Shown here: piece after piece, positions 19,390 to 27,933 of the stretch | Position numbering within the stretch: the stretch's first letter is position 1 | Layout of the letters: the number at the start of each line of letters is the position of its first letter | Assembly (NCBI GenBank): GCA_965228475.1 | Contig: OZ245817.1 | Coordinates: forward strand, 2,048,001-2,112,000 | Origin: Myxococcota bacterium | GTDB lineage: Bacteria; Myxococcota_A; UBA9160; JAFDDA01 | Direction of reading: 5' to 3' | DNA length: 64,000 nucleotides | Translations under genes and position numbers: made by a program | The notes under the pieces: model-generated | Database searches by the model: none | What the model saw: the letters and a program-made list of their open reading frames with translations, nothing else | Told to the model about the DNA's origin: nothing

Positions 19390-21047
19390 GCAGTCGGGGT
19401 GCCCGTGGCCTGGGCGGGAGCGAATTCACGGCGGACCCAGAGGGCGTGCTCCTCGTCCTCGTGGACGCAGACGAGGGTGTCCCGGAGCCCGTCGAACAGC
19501 AGGGTCGTGCCCGACTGGATCCGCTCTTCGTGCCAGGCCCAGGCCTCCTTCTTGAACACCACGACTCCATCACAGGCGAATTCTCGGAACGCCGACGCCA
19601 GGGTTTCCGGGGTCCAGTGGAGGCCCACCAGAAAGCGCTCCATGTAGAGCAGGGGCGCTTCGCCGTCGAGTGAGAGCCAATCGTAGAGAACCCGAATCGG
19701 GGTGTCAGGGCCCAGGGAGGCGGCCAGCGTCTGGCCGCGGCTCATCGGAACCGTGAGCAGCCGCTGCGCGTGCGGGACGGCTTCGAGCCACTCCGTGAGC
19801 GTCGTTTCACTCGTGCTCTCGAGGCCGTCTCCACCGCGCAGCCAGGCTCCGTTCAGGGCTGCGACGGTGGCGGCGTTGACGAGGCAGACCGTGAGGCTGG
19901 CGAGGCCCACGAGCGTACACGCGGCCAGGGCGTCGCCGGAGGTCGGGCCGCGTTCGAACGCGAGGGCGGCGAAGAGAGCGGCCGTGAAGGGCGCGGCGTT
20001 CTCGAGGTAGCGCTCGGCCTGTCCGAAGATCGAGAACGGCTGGAATCCCGTCAGGACGGCCGCGGCGACCAGGGAGACCGCGACCGAGAGCGAGAAGTCG
20101 GCCCAGGGTTCGCCGAACACGCGGGCGGCCGCTTCGCGATCGTCGAAGAAGAGGACCAGCCCGGCGACGACCGTGGGCGCGTAGATCACGCAGATGAACT
20201 GCGGTGCGGAGAGCAGCAGGTGCCGCCACAGGTACCGAACGCGCCTCGCCTGGAAGATCTCGATGGCGACGTCCCGCCACCAGCGTGCCCGAGCCGTCGG
20301 CATCGTTCCCGAGTGGCGGTTCCGGTACTGCCAGCGGTAGAGCCCCGCGAAGTAGCGCAGGGGTTCGCGCGCGCCGAGCGCGGGAACGGCCCACGCCAGA
20401 GCGAGAGACACGATCGGAAGCAGAAGGACCGCGACGGATCGGCTCCAGAGCCCGACCCCGAGGAACGTGGCGACGGCGGCCTGGAAACCGAACTGGGAAG
20501 ACAGGACCAGCCCGATGAAGCAGGCGCCCGAGAGCACGAGGCCCAGTGCGTGGCCTTCCACCAGGTAGGCCCCGAGGCCGAGCGTCGAGACGAACTGGAG
20601 GACGAGACCGAAGGCGCGCCCGTTGAAGGCCATGAGCCGGGCCGTGGGCGGGAAGAGGCAGGGTGCGAAGAGGAAGAGCGCGGTCGCGGCCAGGGCTCGC
20701 GCGTTCGCATCCGTGCCGGCCGATCCGGGCCAGACGTGCAGCAGTCCCAGGAAGACCGCGACGCCGATGGCGAGGTCGAAGCCCGCGTTCGAGAGGTACC
20801 CGAAGCGAACCCAGAAGCGTTCGGGCAGGCGCGAGAGGAGCCAGTGGTAGAGCACCGGGTAGCCGAGGGTCGCCGGGACGAGGTTCGTCTCCACGCGGTA
20901 GTCGAGCCAGCGCTGCTCGCGCAGGCGTCCCAGCAGCCAGAGGATCCAGCGCGCGTCGTTCGCTTCGAAGACCGAGAACAGCAGGCGGAGCAGGTAGGCA
21001 GGAACGAGAAGGAGCGCGAGAACGAGGATTCCGTCGCCCGCGGTCAC
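19386..21047 (-). CDS. Multi-pass membrane protein, possible GT-C glycosyltransferase
   Basis: More than 10 hydrophobic segments; ANDA and GYP.LYHWLLS N-terminal loop, GQAERYLE motif, soluble C-terminal domain. Confidence 0.5.
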   Translation of the reverse strand: MTAGDGILVLALLLVPAYLLRLLFSVFEANDARWILWLLGRLREQRWLDYRVETNLVPATLGYPVLYHWLLSRLPERFWVRFGYLSNAGFDLAIGVAVFLGLLHVWPGSAGTDANARALAATALFLFAPCLFPPTARLMAFNGRAFGLVLQFVSTLGLGAYLVEGHALGLVLSGACFIGLVLSSQFGFQAAVATFLGVGLWSRSVAVLLLPIVSLALAWAVPALGAREPLRYFAGLYRWQYRNRHSGTMPTARARWWRDVAIEIFQARRVRYLWRHLLLSAPQFICVIYAPTVVAGLVLFFDDREAAARVFGEPWADFSLSVAVSLVAAAVLTGFQPFSIFGQAERYLENAAPFTAALFAALAFERGPTSGDALAACTLVGLASLTVCLVNAATVAALNGAWLRGGDGLESTSETTLTEWLEAVPHAQRLLTVPMSRGQTLAASLGPDTPIRVLYDWLSLDGEAPLLYMERFLVGLHWTPETLASAFREFACDGVVVFKKEAWAWHEERIQSGTTLLFDGLRDTLVCVHEDEEHALWVRREFAPAQATGTPTA

Positions 21048-21060
21048 GGAGCGCCTCGGC

Positions 21061-21708
21061 TCAGGGAAAGAAGAGGACGCTGCACGATTGGCCGGGGTGG
21101 GGGATGGCGTCGAAGGGCTCGAGGCGCGCGCCCGTCCGCTCGGCGAAGCGCTCGAAGATCTCGAGGCCGCCCAGGTGGACGCTGACGAGGGGGAGCTCTT
21201 CCCCGTAGAGCCGGCCGCGGTGGACCTGCTTCTCGGTGCCGCTCAGATTGTAGGTGAAGACGAAGGGCGCCCCGGGCTTCATGACCTTCGCGAGCCGGTC
21301 GAGGCAGGCCTCGATCTGCTCCGACGAGAGATGCGTGAAGACGGCATGGCACATGGCGAAGTCGACGGAGAGGTCGAGCGGGAAGCCGAAGTCCTTCGAC
21401 TGGATGATCTCGACGCGCCCCTCGTCCCCGAGCCGCTTCGCGAGAGTCCTCGCGATCTTGACGTACTTGCCGAAGGGCTCGACGCCGACGAAGCGTCCTT
21501 CGCCGAGTTCGGACAGGATGAAGGCGCCGAATCGGAGCGGCCCGCAGCCGATGTCGAGCAGCGTTCGGTCCCGGGCCCCGCCGAAGTGGTCGAGGACCCG
21601 CTTCTGCCACGTCCCGTACGTGTCCCACGCGGTGAACATGCCGTCGGGAACGAGGTTCTCGTCCACGGAGAGGTCCCACAGCTCGGTGGGCGAAACGGTC
21701 TGCGTCAT
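21061..21708 (-). CDS. Class I SAM-dependent methyltransferase
   Basis: LLDIGCGPLRFG, HAVFTHL, KVMKPG. Confidence 0.85.
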   Translation of the reverse strand: MTQTVSPTELWDLSVDENLVPDGMFTAWDTYGTWQKRVLDHFGGARDRTLLDIGCGPLRFGAFILSELGEGRFVGVEPFGKYVKIARTLAKRLGDEGRVEIIQSKDFGFPLDLSVDFAMCHAVFTHLSSEQIEACLDRLAKVMKPGAPFVFTYNLSGTEKQVHRGRLYGEELPLVSVHLGGLEIFERFAERTGARLEPFDAIPHPGQSCSVLFFP

Positions 21709-22601
21709 CGTCCGAGAATCCTGCGAACGCGCCGAGCCACCGGCCCGAGCCCCGCGGCTCGCGCGGCGCGGCGAAGGAGACCGGCCGAGGGGGCCGGCTC
21801 GGCGGCCGCCGCGGCTTCGGGCTCCGGGATGCGAGGAACGAACACGCCCTGGGGCGGAAAGAGGATCCGGCCGAAGCCGATGCCGCCGGGGAGGCGCTTC
21901 ACGCTGCCGACGCTGTGCCGGAGGAGATACCGCCAGACCAGCAGGTCGCCCGGCTTCGGCGCGAGCTCCCGGCCGACGTGGATCGCTTCTCCGTTCTCCT
22001 GTTCGAAGAGCAGGCCGTCCCCCTCGTAGTCCTTGCCCCATTCGGAGAGGAACAGCGTGGCCTGCAGGCGAGTCTGGGCCTCGGGGCGGCTCTCGCTCGA
22101 CGGGAACTCGTCCCGGTGCCACTTCACGTCGGTGTCTTCGCTCTCGGTCGAGACCACGATCATCGTCTGGGTCATCCGGTCGCTGCAGGGCAGGAGGTCG
22201 CGGAAGATCGGCTGCTGCTCGAGCTGGTTGCGCAGCTGCGTGACGGCGACCGTGGCCGCGAGCGTGACGTCGTCGAGGGGCGCGTCCCAGGGGTTCAGGA
22301 ACCAGCAGGACTTCCCGGGGAAGCGCGAGGCGTAGGGGCCCTGGCCGATCTGGTAGCGGTCGCGCTGGGCGAAGGTCGCGAACTCGCCGAACATCTCGGG
22401 CTCGCGCTCCCCCCAGAAACTGCGGACGTGCTCCGCCATTTCGGGCGGCAGGAACCCCCGGAAGAGCACGAAACCGGGGCCATCCGAGCGGTAGAGTGCG
22501 CGCCGGCTTTCGAGCAGATCGTCCTCTTCGAAGGTGAACGAGCGCAGGGTGGGGCGGATCCCCGGGTCGACGAGTTTCGGGCGAGCCCAGGCCTCGATCA
22601 T
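21705..22601 (-). CDS. 2OG-Fe(II) oxygenase family protein
   Basis: WHRD (HxD), YEGDGL.F, PKPGDLLVW...RHSV (distal His), downstream Arg. Confidence 0.7.
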   Translation of the reverse strand: MIEAWARPKLVDPGIRPTLRSFTFEEDDLLESRRALYRSDGPGFVLFRGFLPPEMAEHVRSFWGEREPEMFGEFATFAQRDRYQIGQGPYASRFPGKSCWFLNPWDAPLDDVTLAATVAVTQLRNQLEQQPIFRDLLPCSDRMTQTMIVVSTESEDTDVKWHRDEFPSSESRPEAQTRLQATLFLSEWGKDYEGDGLLFEQENGEAIHVGRELAPKPGDLLVWRYLLRHSVGSVKRLPGGIGFGRILFPPQGVFVPRIPEPEAAAAAEPAPSAGLLRRAARAAGLGPVARRVRRILGR

Positions 22602-23974
22602 CGCAGCGTCTCCTCCAGCGCCGCTTCGGCGGGCTGGTCGTCCTCGTGGGCCTCGGTTTCGGGGAGGGCCCGGAGGAGGAACTCGGTGGAGGGTTCGGCG
22701 AGAGCGACCCGCCATTGGGCCCACTCCACGCCGGGGAACGAGGTCGAGCGGAAGGGGCAGACCCGCCGCTCGTAGAAGTGATAGAAGAGCTCGGACTCGA
22801 CCTTGACCTCTTCCGCGGGCCGCGCGAAGAGGATGTTCCAGTAGTAGGTCCCACTCCCGAGCGGATTCTTCGGGAAGCGCAGGGTGAGCTCGGTTTCGCC
22901 CTCGGGGACCTCCGGGTAGTACTCCGCGAAGGCCTCCGTCTTGGCGCTCTGATAGTTCGAGCCGATCTCCGTGAGCTTCACGCCGAGGTCGTCCGAGTAG
23001 AGCTCGAAGTAGAAACGGACCTTGGGGAAGGTGCGCCGGGCCCGAACGCGCACGCGTACCTCGAGGGGTTCGCCGTGGTCGAACACCTGGCGCGGGGCTC
23101 CGTCCGCGCCGTACATGGTGGCTCCGAGGAACTCGATGTCGTCCCGGTCGGGCTGTTCGTATTCGGGAACGGCCGGGTCCGGGGGCTGGGCGGCTTTCGA
23201 GAGTTCCTCGAGCCGCTGCGTCTGCTGGGCCACGAGGACCTTGCGGTATTCCCCGGCGACCTCGCTCGGACCGCCGTCGGCGAGCAGCTCGCCGGTGTCG
23301 AGCAGGATCGCGCGGGTGCACAGCCGCTCCACCAGGGCGATGGTGTGGGAGACGAAGAGGACGGTGCTGCCGCTCGAGCAGATCTCTTCGATCCGCTGGG
23401 TGCACTTGGTCGTGAAGTTGGCGTCGCCGGCGGCCAGGGCCTCGTCGATCACGAGGATCTCCGCGGCCTCTTGGAAGGCGACCGACGCGGCGAGCCGCGC
23501 CGTCATGCCGCTCGAGTAGAACTGGATCGGCTTGTCGATGTGGTCGCCGAGCTCCGAGAACTCGATGATCGAGTCGAGCCGTTCGAGGGCGACGGGCCGC
23601 GGGATGCCCATGGCCATCGAGCCGAACAGGATGTTCTCGCGGCCCGTGAAGCGGGGATGGAAACCGACGCCCAGGGAGAGCAGCGAGCGGACCCGGCCAT
23701 GGACGCGCACGTTCCCCCGGGTCGGCAGGGAGAGGCCCGAGACGATCCGCAGCAGGGTCGACTTGCCGCTGCCGTTGCGGCCGAAGATGCCGAGGACCTC
23801 GCCTCGGTTCACGCGCAGGTCGATGTTCCGGAGGGCCGTGTTGTCGTTGTAGAAGCGCTCCTTGGGCAGGAACGGCATGAGCCAGGAGAGGATCCAGCCG
23901 CGGCCCTGCTGGTGGTAGACGCGATAGGTCTTCTCGACGTCCTCGAGTTCGATGACGGTGTCGGGGGCCTTCAT
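22598..23974 (-). CDS. wzt: Polysaccharide ABC exporter ATP-binding subunit with C-terminal carbohydrate-binding-type domain
   Basis: GRNGSGKST Walker A, YSSGM..RLA signature, ILVIDEALAAGD, FVSH; extra C-terminal beta-rich domain. Confidence 0.92.
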   Translation of the reverse strand: MKAPDTVIELEDVEKTYRVYHQQGRGWILSWLMPFLPKERFYNDNTALRNIDLRVNRGEVLGIFGRNGSGKSTLLRIVSGLSLPTRGNVRVHGRVRSLLSLGVGFHPRFTGRENILFGSMAMGIPRPVALERLDSIIEFSELGDHIDKPIQFYSSGMTARLAASVAFQEAAEILVIDEALAAGDANFTTKCTQRIEEICSSGSTVLFVSHTIALVERLCTRAILLDTGELLADGGPSEVAGEYRKVLVAQQTQRLEELSKAAQPPDPAVPEYEQPDRDDIEFLGATMYGADGAPRQVFDHGEPLEVRVRVRARRTFPKVRFYFELYSDDLGVKLTEIGSNYQSAKTEAFAEYYPEVPEGETELTLRFPKNPLGSGTYYWNILFARPAEEVKVESELFYHFYERRVCPFRSTSFPGVEWAQWRVALAEPSTEFLLRALPETEAHEDDQPAEAALEETLR

Positions 23975-24828
23975 AGGTAGTCCACGACCGTCTTCCGCAC
24001 GTAGCCGCGGTGGCCGAGTGCGAGGGCGAGGACGGCGCCGCTCACGAGGAAGGAGATGAAGAGATCCACCATGGGGGTGAGGATGGCCGAGTCCGGGTTG
24101 CCGAACATCGCATAGCGGAACGGCGTGATGACGTAGGCGAGCGGGTTCGCGATGGCGACGAAGCGGACGTGCGCCGGAATCATGGTGGGTTCGTAGAGCA
24201 CCGGCGTGACGAAGAAGACGACGCGCAGGAAGGTCGGGAGGAGCTTCTGCAGGTCGGGGAACATCACGGCGTAGCAGGAGAGGATGGAGGTCGCGCCGAC
24301 GAGCAGCACCGCGAGGGAGATCGCGGCCGGCAGCAGGATCAGGGTATGCGTGCCGAGCGAGCCCACGATCAACCCGAGCACGAGCAGCAGGACCAGGCTC
24401 GAAAGGAACTCCACGGTGCCCTGCGCTACGGTGATCAGCGGCAACAGGTGGATGGGGAAGTTGATCTGCTTCACCAGCGCGGCGTGGGTGTTCAGCGACC
24501 CGAGGCCGATTCCGATCGAGCCGTTCAGGTACAGCCATGGGACCAGTCCGGCGAACATCGACAGGAGATGTCCCATCACGCCGCCCGGCCCGTTGTACTC
24601 GACCTGGAGGATCACCACGAACAGGAAGAAGTACGTGCCGAGCAGGAGCACGGGCTCGACCGCGGACCACGCGAGGCCGAGCGCGGTGCCGGCGTTCGAC
24701 TTGCGGACCTCGTACGCGACGAGGTGCATCGTCAGCGAGAGGTCCTCGATCCACGCGGGTCGACGCCCGGGCCCGCTCTCCAGACCCGGAGAGGCCTGGC
24801 GGGGTTCCCCCATCCCTGATGTCGCCAC
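23971..24828 (-). CDS. wzm: Polysaccharide ABC exporter permease
   Basis: GTALGLAWS..EP, LVKQINFP, FFVTPVLY, NPL motifs; start uncertain (24828, 24813 or 24730). Confidence 0.9.
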   Translation of the reverse strand: MATSGMGEPRQASPGLESGPGRRPAWIEDLSLTMHLVAYEVRKSNAGTALGLAWSAVEPVLLLGTYFFLFVVILQVEYNGPGGVMGHLLSMFAGLVPWLYLNGSIGIGLGSLNTHAALVKQINFPIHLLPLITVAQGTVEFLSSLVLLLVLGLIVGSLGTHTLILLPAAISLAVLLVGATSILSCYAVMFPDLQKLLPTFLRVVFFVTPVLYEPTMIPAHVRFVAIANPLAYVITPFRYAMFGNPDSAILTPMVDLFISFLVSGAVLALALGHRGYVRKTVVDYL

Positions 24829-25035
24829 GTTCTTCCGACCCCTTCAGGGATGGCTCGCGGGCCACCCCGGTTTGGCAGGCGGTCCAGGACTCGCCGGGGC
24901 AAAATCATACACTTGCCGGTCGGTTGCGTCACCGGCGCGCCCGCGCGCGGGCCGTCTGCCGCGGCTTCTCGGTGCTGCCGGGCAGGGTGACACGATGTCT
25001 CGGACGCGCCCGGGCGTCGGGAAAGGGAGCGAAGC

Positions 25036-25665
25036 ATGAGTTCCGGCTCGAAGGGCGGCGGGCCCGTCTGGCACGACGCCTGGAAGCGCACCCATCCGGG
25101 CCACGACGACCTGCGCGAACTCCACGAAGGCTTGCGGCGCGAGCTCCATGAGCGGCATCAACGGGTGTTGTCGCTGGCCGACACCGTGACGGACCGCTGG
25201 GAGAAGGCCGCCTTCCTCGGGTTCGGGGAGGGGGCGAGCGTCTACGACTCGTGCATGGTGATCGGCGACGTGAGCGTCGGCGCGAACACCTGGGTCGGGC
25301 CCCAGACCGTGCTCGATGGAAGCGGCGGCCTCGAGATCGGCGCGTGGTGCAGCATCGCGACCGGCGTCCAGATCTACAGCCACGACACCGTGCGGTGGGC
25401 GCTGTCCGGCGGCCGCATCCCGGCGGACCGTCAGCCGACGCGCATCGGCGACTGCTGCTACCTCGGGCCGCAATCGGTGATCGGGCGCGGGACGACGATC
25501 GGTTCGCACTGCGTCGTGGGCGCCCTGAGCCTGGTGACGAGCGACGTCCCGGACTACTCCGTCGTGGCGGGAACTCCGGCGCGCGTGATCGGCCGCGTCG
25601 AGATCGACGACGCCGGAGAGATCCGGATGATCTACGACGACCCCCGGCCGGGAAGCGCCGAGTAG
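25036..25665 (+). CDS. Hexapeptide-repeat (left-handed beta-helix) acyltransferase
   Basis: [IV]G hexapeptide repeats, IYSHD, DVPDYSVVAGTPARVI. Confidence 0.88.
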   Translation: MSSGSKGGGPVWHDAWKRTHPGHDDLRELHEGLRRELHERHQRVLSLADTVTDRWEKAAFLGFGEGASVYDSCMVIGDVSVGANTWVGPQTVLDGSGGLEIGAWCSIATGVQIYSHDTVRWALSGGRIPADRQPTRIGDCCYLGPQSVIGRGTTIGSHCVVGALSLVTSDVPDYSVVAGTPARVIGRVEIDDAGEIRMIYDDPRPGSAE

Positions 25666-26798
25666 GCCTCCTCGTAGCGGGCGCCGAGCTCCCGGGCGAT
25701 CCGCGCGGGGTCGTGCCACTGCTCGGCGAACGCCCGGGAGGCGCGTCCCCGTTCGGCGCGACGCTCCGCCGGAGCCGTCAGCCACTCGCGCAGGACCTCG
25801 ACGAGGGAACTCGGGTCGGCCCGGATGATCGGCATCTGCCGGGCCATCTCCGGGGGGATCCCCGCGAGGTCGTCCTCCCGGAGTCGGCACACGACCGGCT
25901 TGCCGAGGGCCATCAGCTCGAGCGCCACACCGCCGTACCAGCCGAGCAGCAGCTGATCGACGAAGAGGTCGGCGCGCCGGTAGATGGCCTCCGCTTCGTC
26001 CCGCTTCATGCCTTCGACGCATTGGAACTCGAAGGCCACGCCTTCGCTCCGCAGACGGGCCACCGCCTCTTCGACGAAGCGCGTGCCTTTGAACCGCCGG
26101 TGGGTCGGCGCGTGGACGAGGAGGGGGAGGCGCGAGGCTTCGGTCTGCACAGGTTCGACCTTCCAGGCCTCGAGGTCGACGCTGGCGTAGGGGAGGAACC
26201 GGGCTCGCGCCGGCAGGGCATGCAGCAGGTCCGGGTTGAGCGCCCACAGGAGGTCGGCGTGTTCCGCGAAGGCGTCCGCGGTCCGTCTCCGTTCGGCGTC
26301 GATGGCGGTGTCGTAGTAGCCGGGTTCGAGTTCGCGGAGGAGGTCCTCTCGGCCAAGGTCGCCCAGGAGGTCGCCGCGCCGGATGTCGTCCCCCTGGAAG
26401 GTCACGCAGACGACCTTACCCTGGCGCCGAAGCCAGGCCAGATCCCGGCGCTCGAAGGCGAGGGCCCAGAGCCGGTAGGCCGCCGTGAAGGCTCGCGGGG
26501 CGCCCTCGCGCTCGAGGGTCCGGAGCGAGGTCCGGTCGGGCAGGAGGGTCCGGCCGAAGTTGAAGTGGACGACGTCGAAGTCCCGTGCGGCCCGGCGCAC
26601 GGCAGCCAGCCGGCGCAGCTCGAAGCGGACTGCCGAAGTTCCGGGCGGCCCGAGGACCTCGTCGGCGGGGTAGCCGTAGGGGCTCTCGCGGAATGCGAGA
26701 CAGTGGCTGTCGAGTCCCGCGGCCCGTTCGTGGCGCGCGAGGTTCGGAGGGTGCCCCCCGACGACGCCGGGGCAGTGCAGGATGCGTAGGCGCTGCAA
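25632..26798 (-). CDS. Glycosyltransferase (GT-B, family 4-like)
   Basis: VHAPTHRRFKGT, ADLFVDQLLLGWYGGVALELMALGKPVV. Confidence 0.85.
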   Translation of the reverse strand: MQRLRILHCPGVVGGHPPNLARHERAAGLDSHCLAFRESPYGYPADEVLGPPGTSAVRFELRRLAAVRRAARDFDVVHFNFGRTLLPDRTSLRTLEREGAPRAFTAAYRLWALAFERRDLAWLRRQGKVVCVTFQGDDIRRGDLLGDLGREDLLRELEPGYYDTAIDAERRRTADAFAEHADLLWALNPDLLHALPARARFLPYASVDLEAWKVEPVQTEASRLPLLVHAPTHRRFKGTRFVEEAVARLRSEGVAFEFQCVEGMKRDEAEAIYRRADLFVDQLLLGWYGGVALELMALGKPVVCRLREDDLAGIPPEMARQMPIIRADPSSLVEVLREWLTAPAERRAERGRASRAFAEQWHDPARIARELGARYEEAYSALPGRGSS

Positions 26799-26899
26799 AC
26801 GACCCCCCGGCCCTTGCTCCAGGGCGCGGCCACGTTACCGAATGGGCGGGTCCCGAGCGAGCCGGTGACCGCGTCCGCGGGTCGGAAAAACGCTCGCCG

Positions 26900-26928
26900 T
26901 TGACAGAGTTAGGGCGCCTCGGCACAGT
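26900..26928 (+). promoter_or_regulatory. Candidate sigma-70 promoter for epimerase-asnB-epimerase operon
   Basis: Perfect TTGACA, 17-nt spacer, CACAGT (-10-like), 21 nt before ATG 26950. Confidence 0.55.
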
Positions 26929-26949
26929 CGGGCCGCAAGGGGGGCACCC

Positions 26950-27918
26950 ATGGATCTGCGAGATCGGAAAGTCCTGGTGATCGGGGGAGCGGGGTTGATC
27001 GGCTCCCACGTCGTCGAGGAGCTGCTGCACGAGCCCGTCGCCGAGGTGGTGATCTTCGACAACTTCAGCCGCGGCGTGCCCGGCAACGTCGAGGAAGCGC
27101 TGAAGGACGAGCGCTGCCGCGTGTTCGACCTCGGGGGCGACATCCTCTCGCGCGACCTGCTCGAAGAAGCGGTCAAGGGCTGCGACGCCGTCGTCCACCT
27201 GGCGGCACTCTGGCTCCTCCACTGCCACGAGTTCCCCGAGAGCGCGTTCGAGGTGAACATCCGCGGCACGTTCAACGTGCTGCAGGCCTGTGTCCGCCAC
27301 GACGTGAAGCGGCTCGTCTACTCGAGCTCCGCCAGCGTGTACGGGGATGCCGTCGCCGAACCGATGGTCGAGGATCACCCCTACAACAACTGGACGTTCT
27401 ACGGCGCGACGAAGATCGCCGGCGAGCACATGCTCAAGTCCTTCCACAAGCGCTACGGCCTGAACGGCGTCGGCCTCCGCTACATGAACGTCTACGGCCC
27501 CCGTCAGGACTACAAGGGCACCTACGTCGCGGTGATGATGAAGATCCTGGACGCGTTGGATCGCGGCGAACCGCCCGTCGTCTACGGTGACGGCTCCCAG
27601 GCCTACGACTTCGTCCACGTGCGGGACGTCGCCCGCGCGAACGTCTGCGCGCTGAAGGCCGAGGTCCCCTTCGGCCTCTACAACGTCGGCCGCGGCATCA
27701 AGACCTCGATCAAGGAGCTGGCCGAGCTCCTGGTCGAGCTCTCGGGCTCGAAGGCGGAGCTCCACTACGAGCCGGCGGGGCCGACCTTCGTGACCAACCG
27801 CGTCGGTTGCCCGAAGGCGGCCGAGCAGGATCTCGGCTTCCGCTGGTCGATCGACCTTCGCGAAGGGATGCAGAGCCTGATCGACTGGCGGCGCGAAGAC
27901 CAGCGTCGGCGCGGCTAG
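26950..27918 (+). CDS. NAD-dependent nucleotide-sugar epimerase/dehydratase (extended SDR)
   Basis: GGAGLIG, SSSASVYG, YGATK, RYMNVYGP. Confidence 0.92.
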   Translation: MDLRDRKVLVIGGAGLIGSHVVEELLHEPVAEVVIFDNFSRGVPGNVEEALKDERCRVFDLGGDILSRDLLEEAVKGCDAVVHLAALWLLHCHEFPESAFEVNIRGTFNVLQACVRHDVKRLVYSSSASVYGDAVAEPMVEDHPYNNWTFYGATKIAGEHMLKSFHKRYGLNGVGLRYMNVYGPRQDYKGTYVAVMMKILDALDRGEPPVVYGDGSQAYDFVHVRDVARANVCALKAEVPFGLYNVGRGIKTSIKELAELLVELSGSKAELHYEPAGPTFVTNRVGCPKAAEQDLGFRWSIDLREGMQSLIDWRREDQRRRG

Positions 27919-27933
27919 CGCGGAGCACACGAC

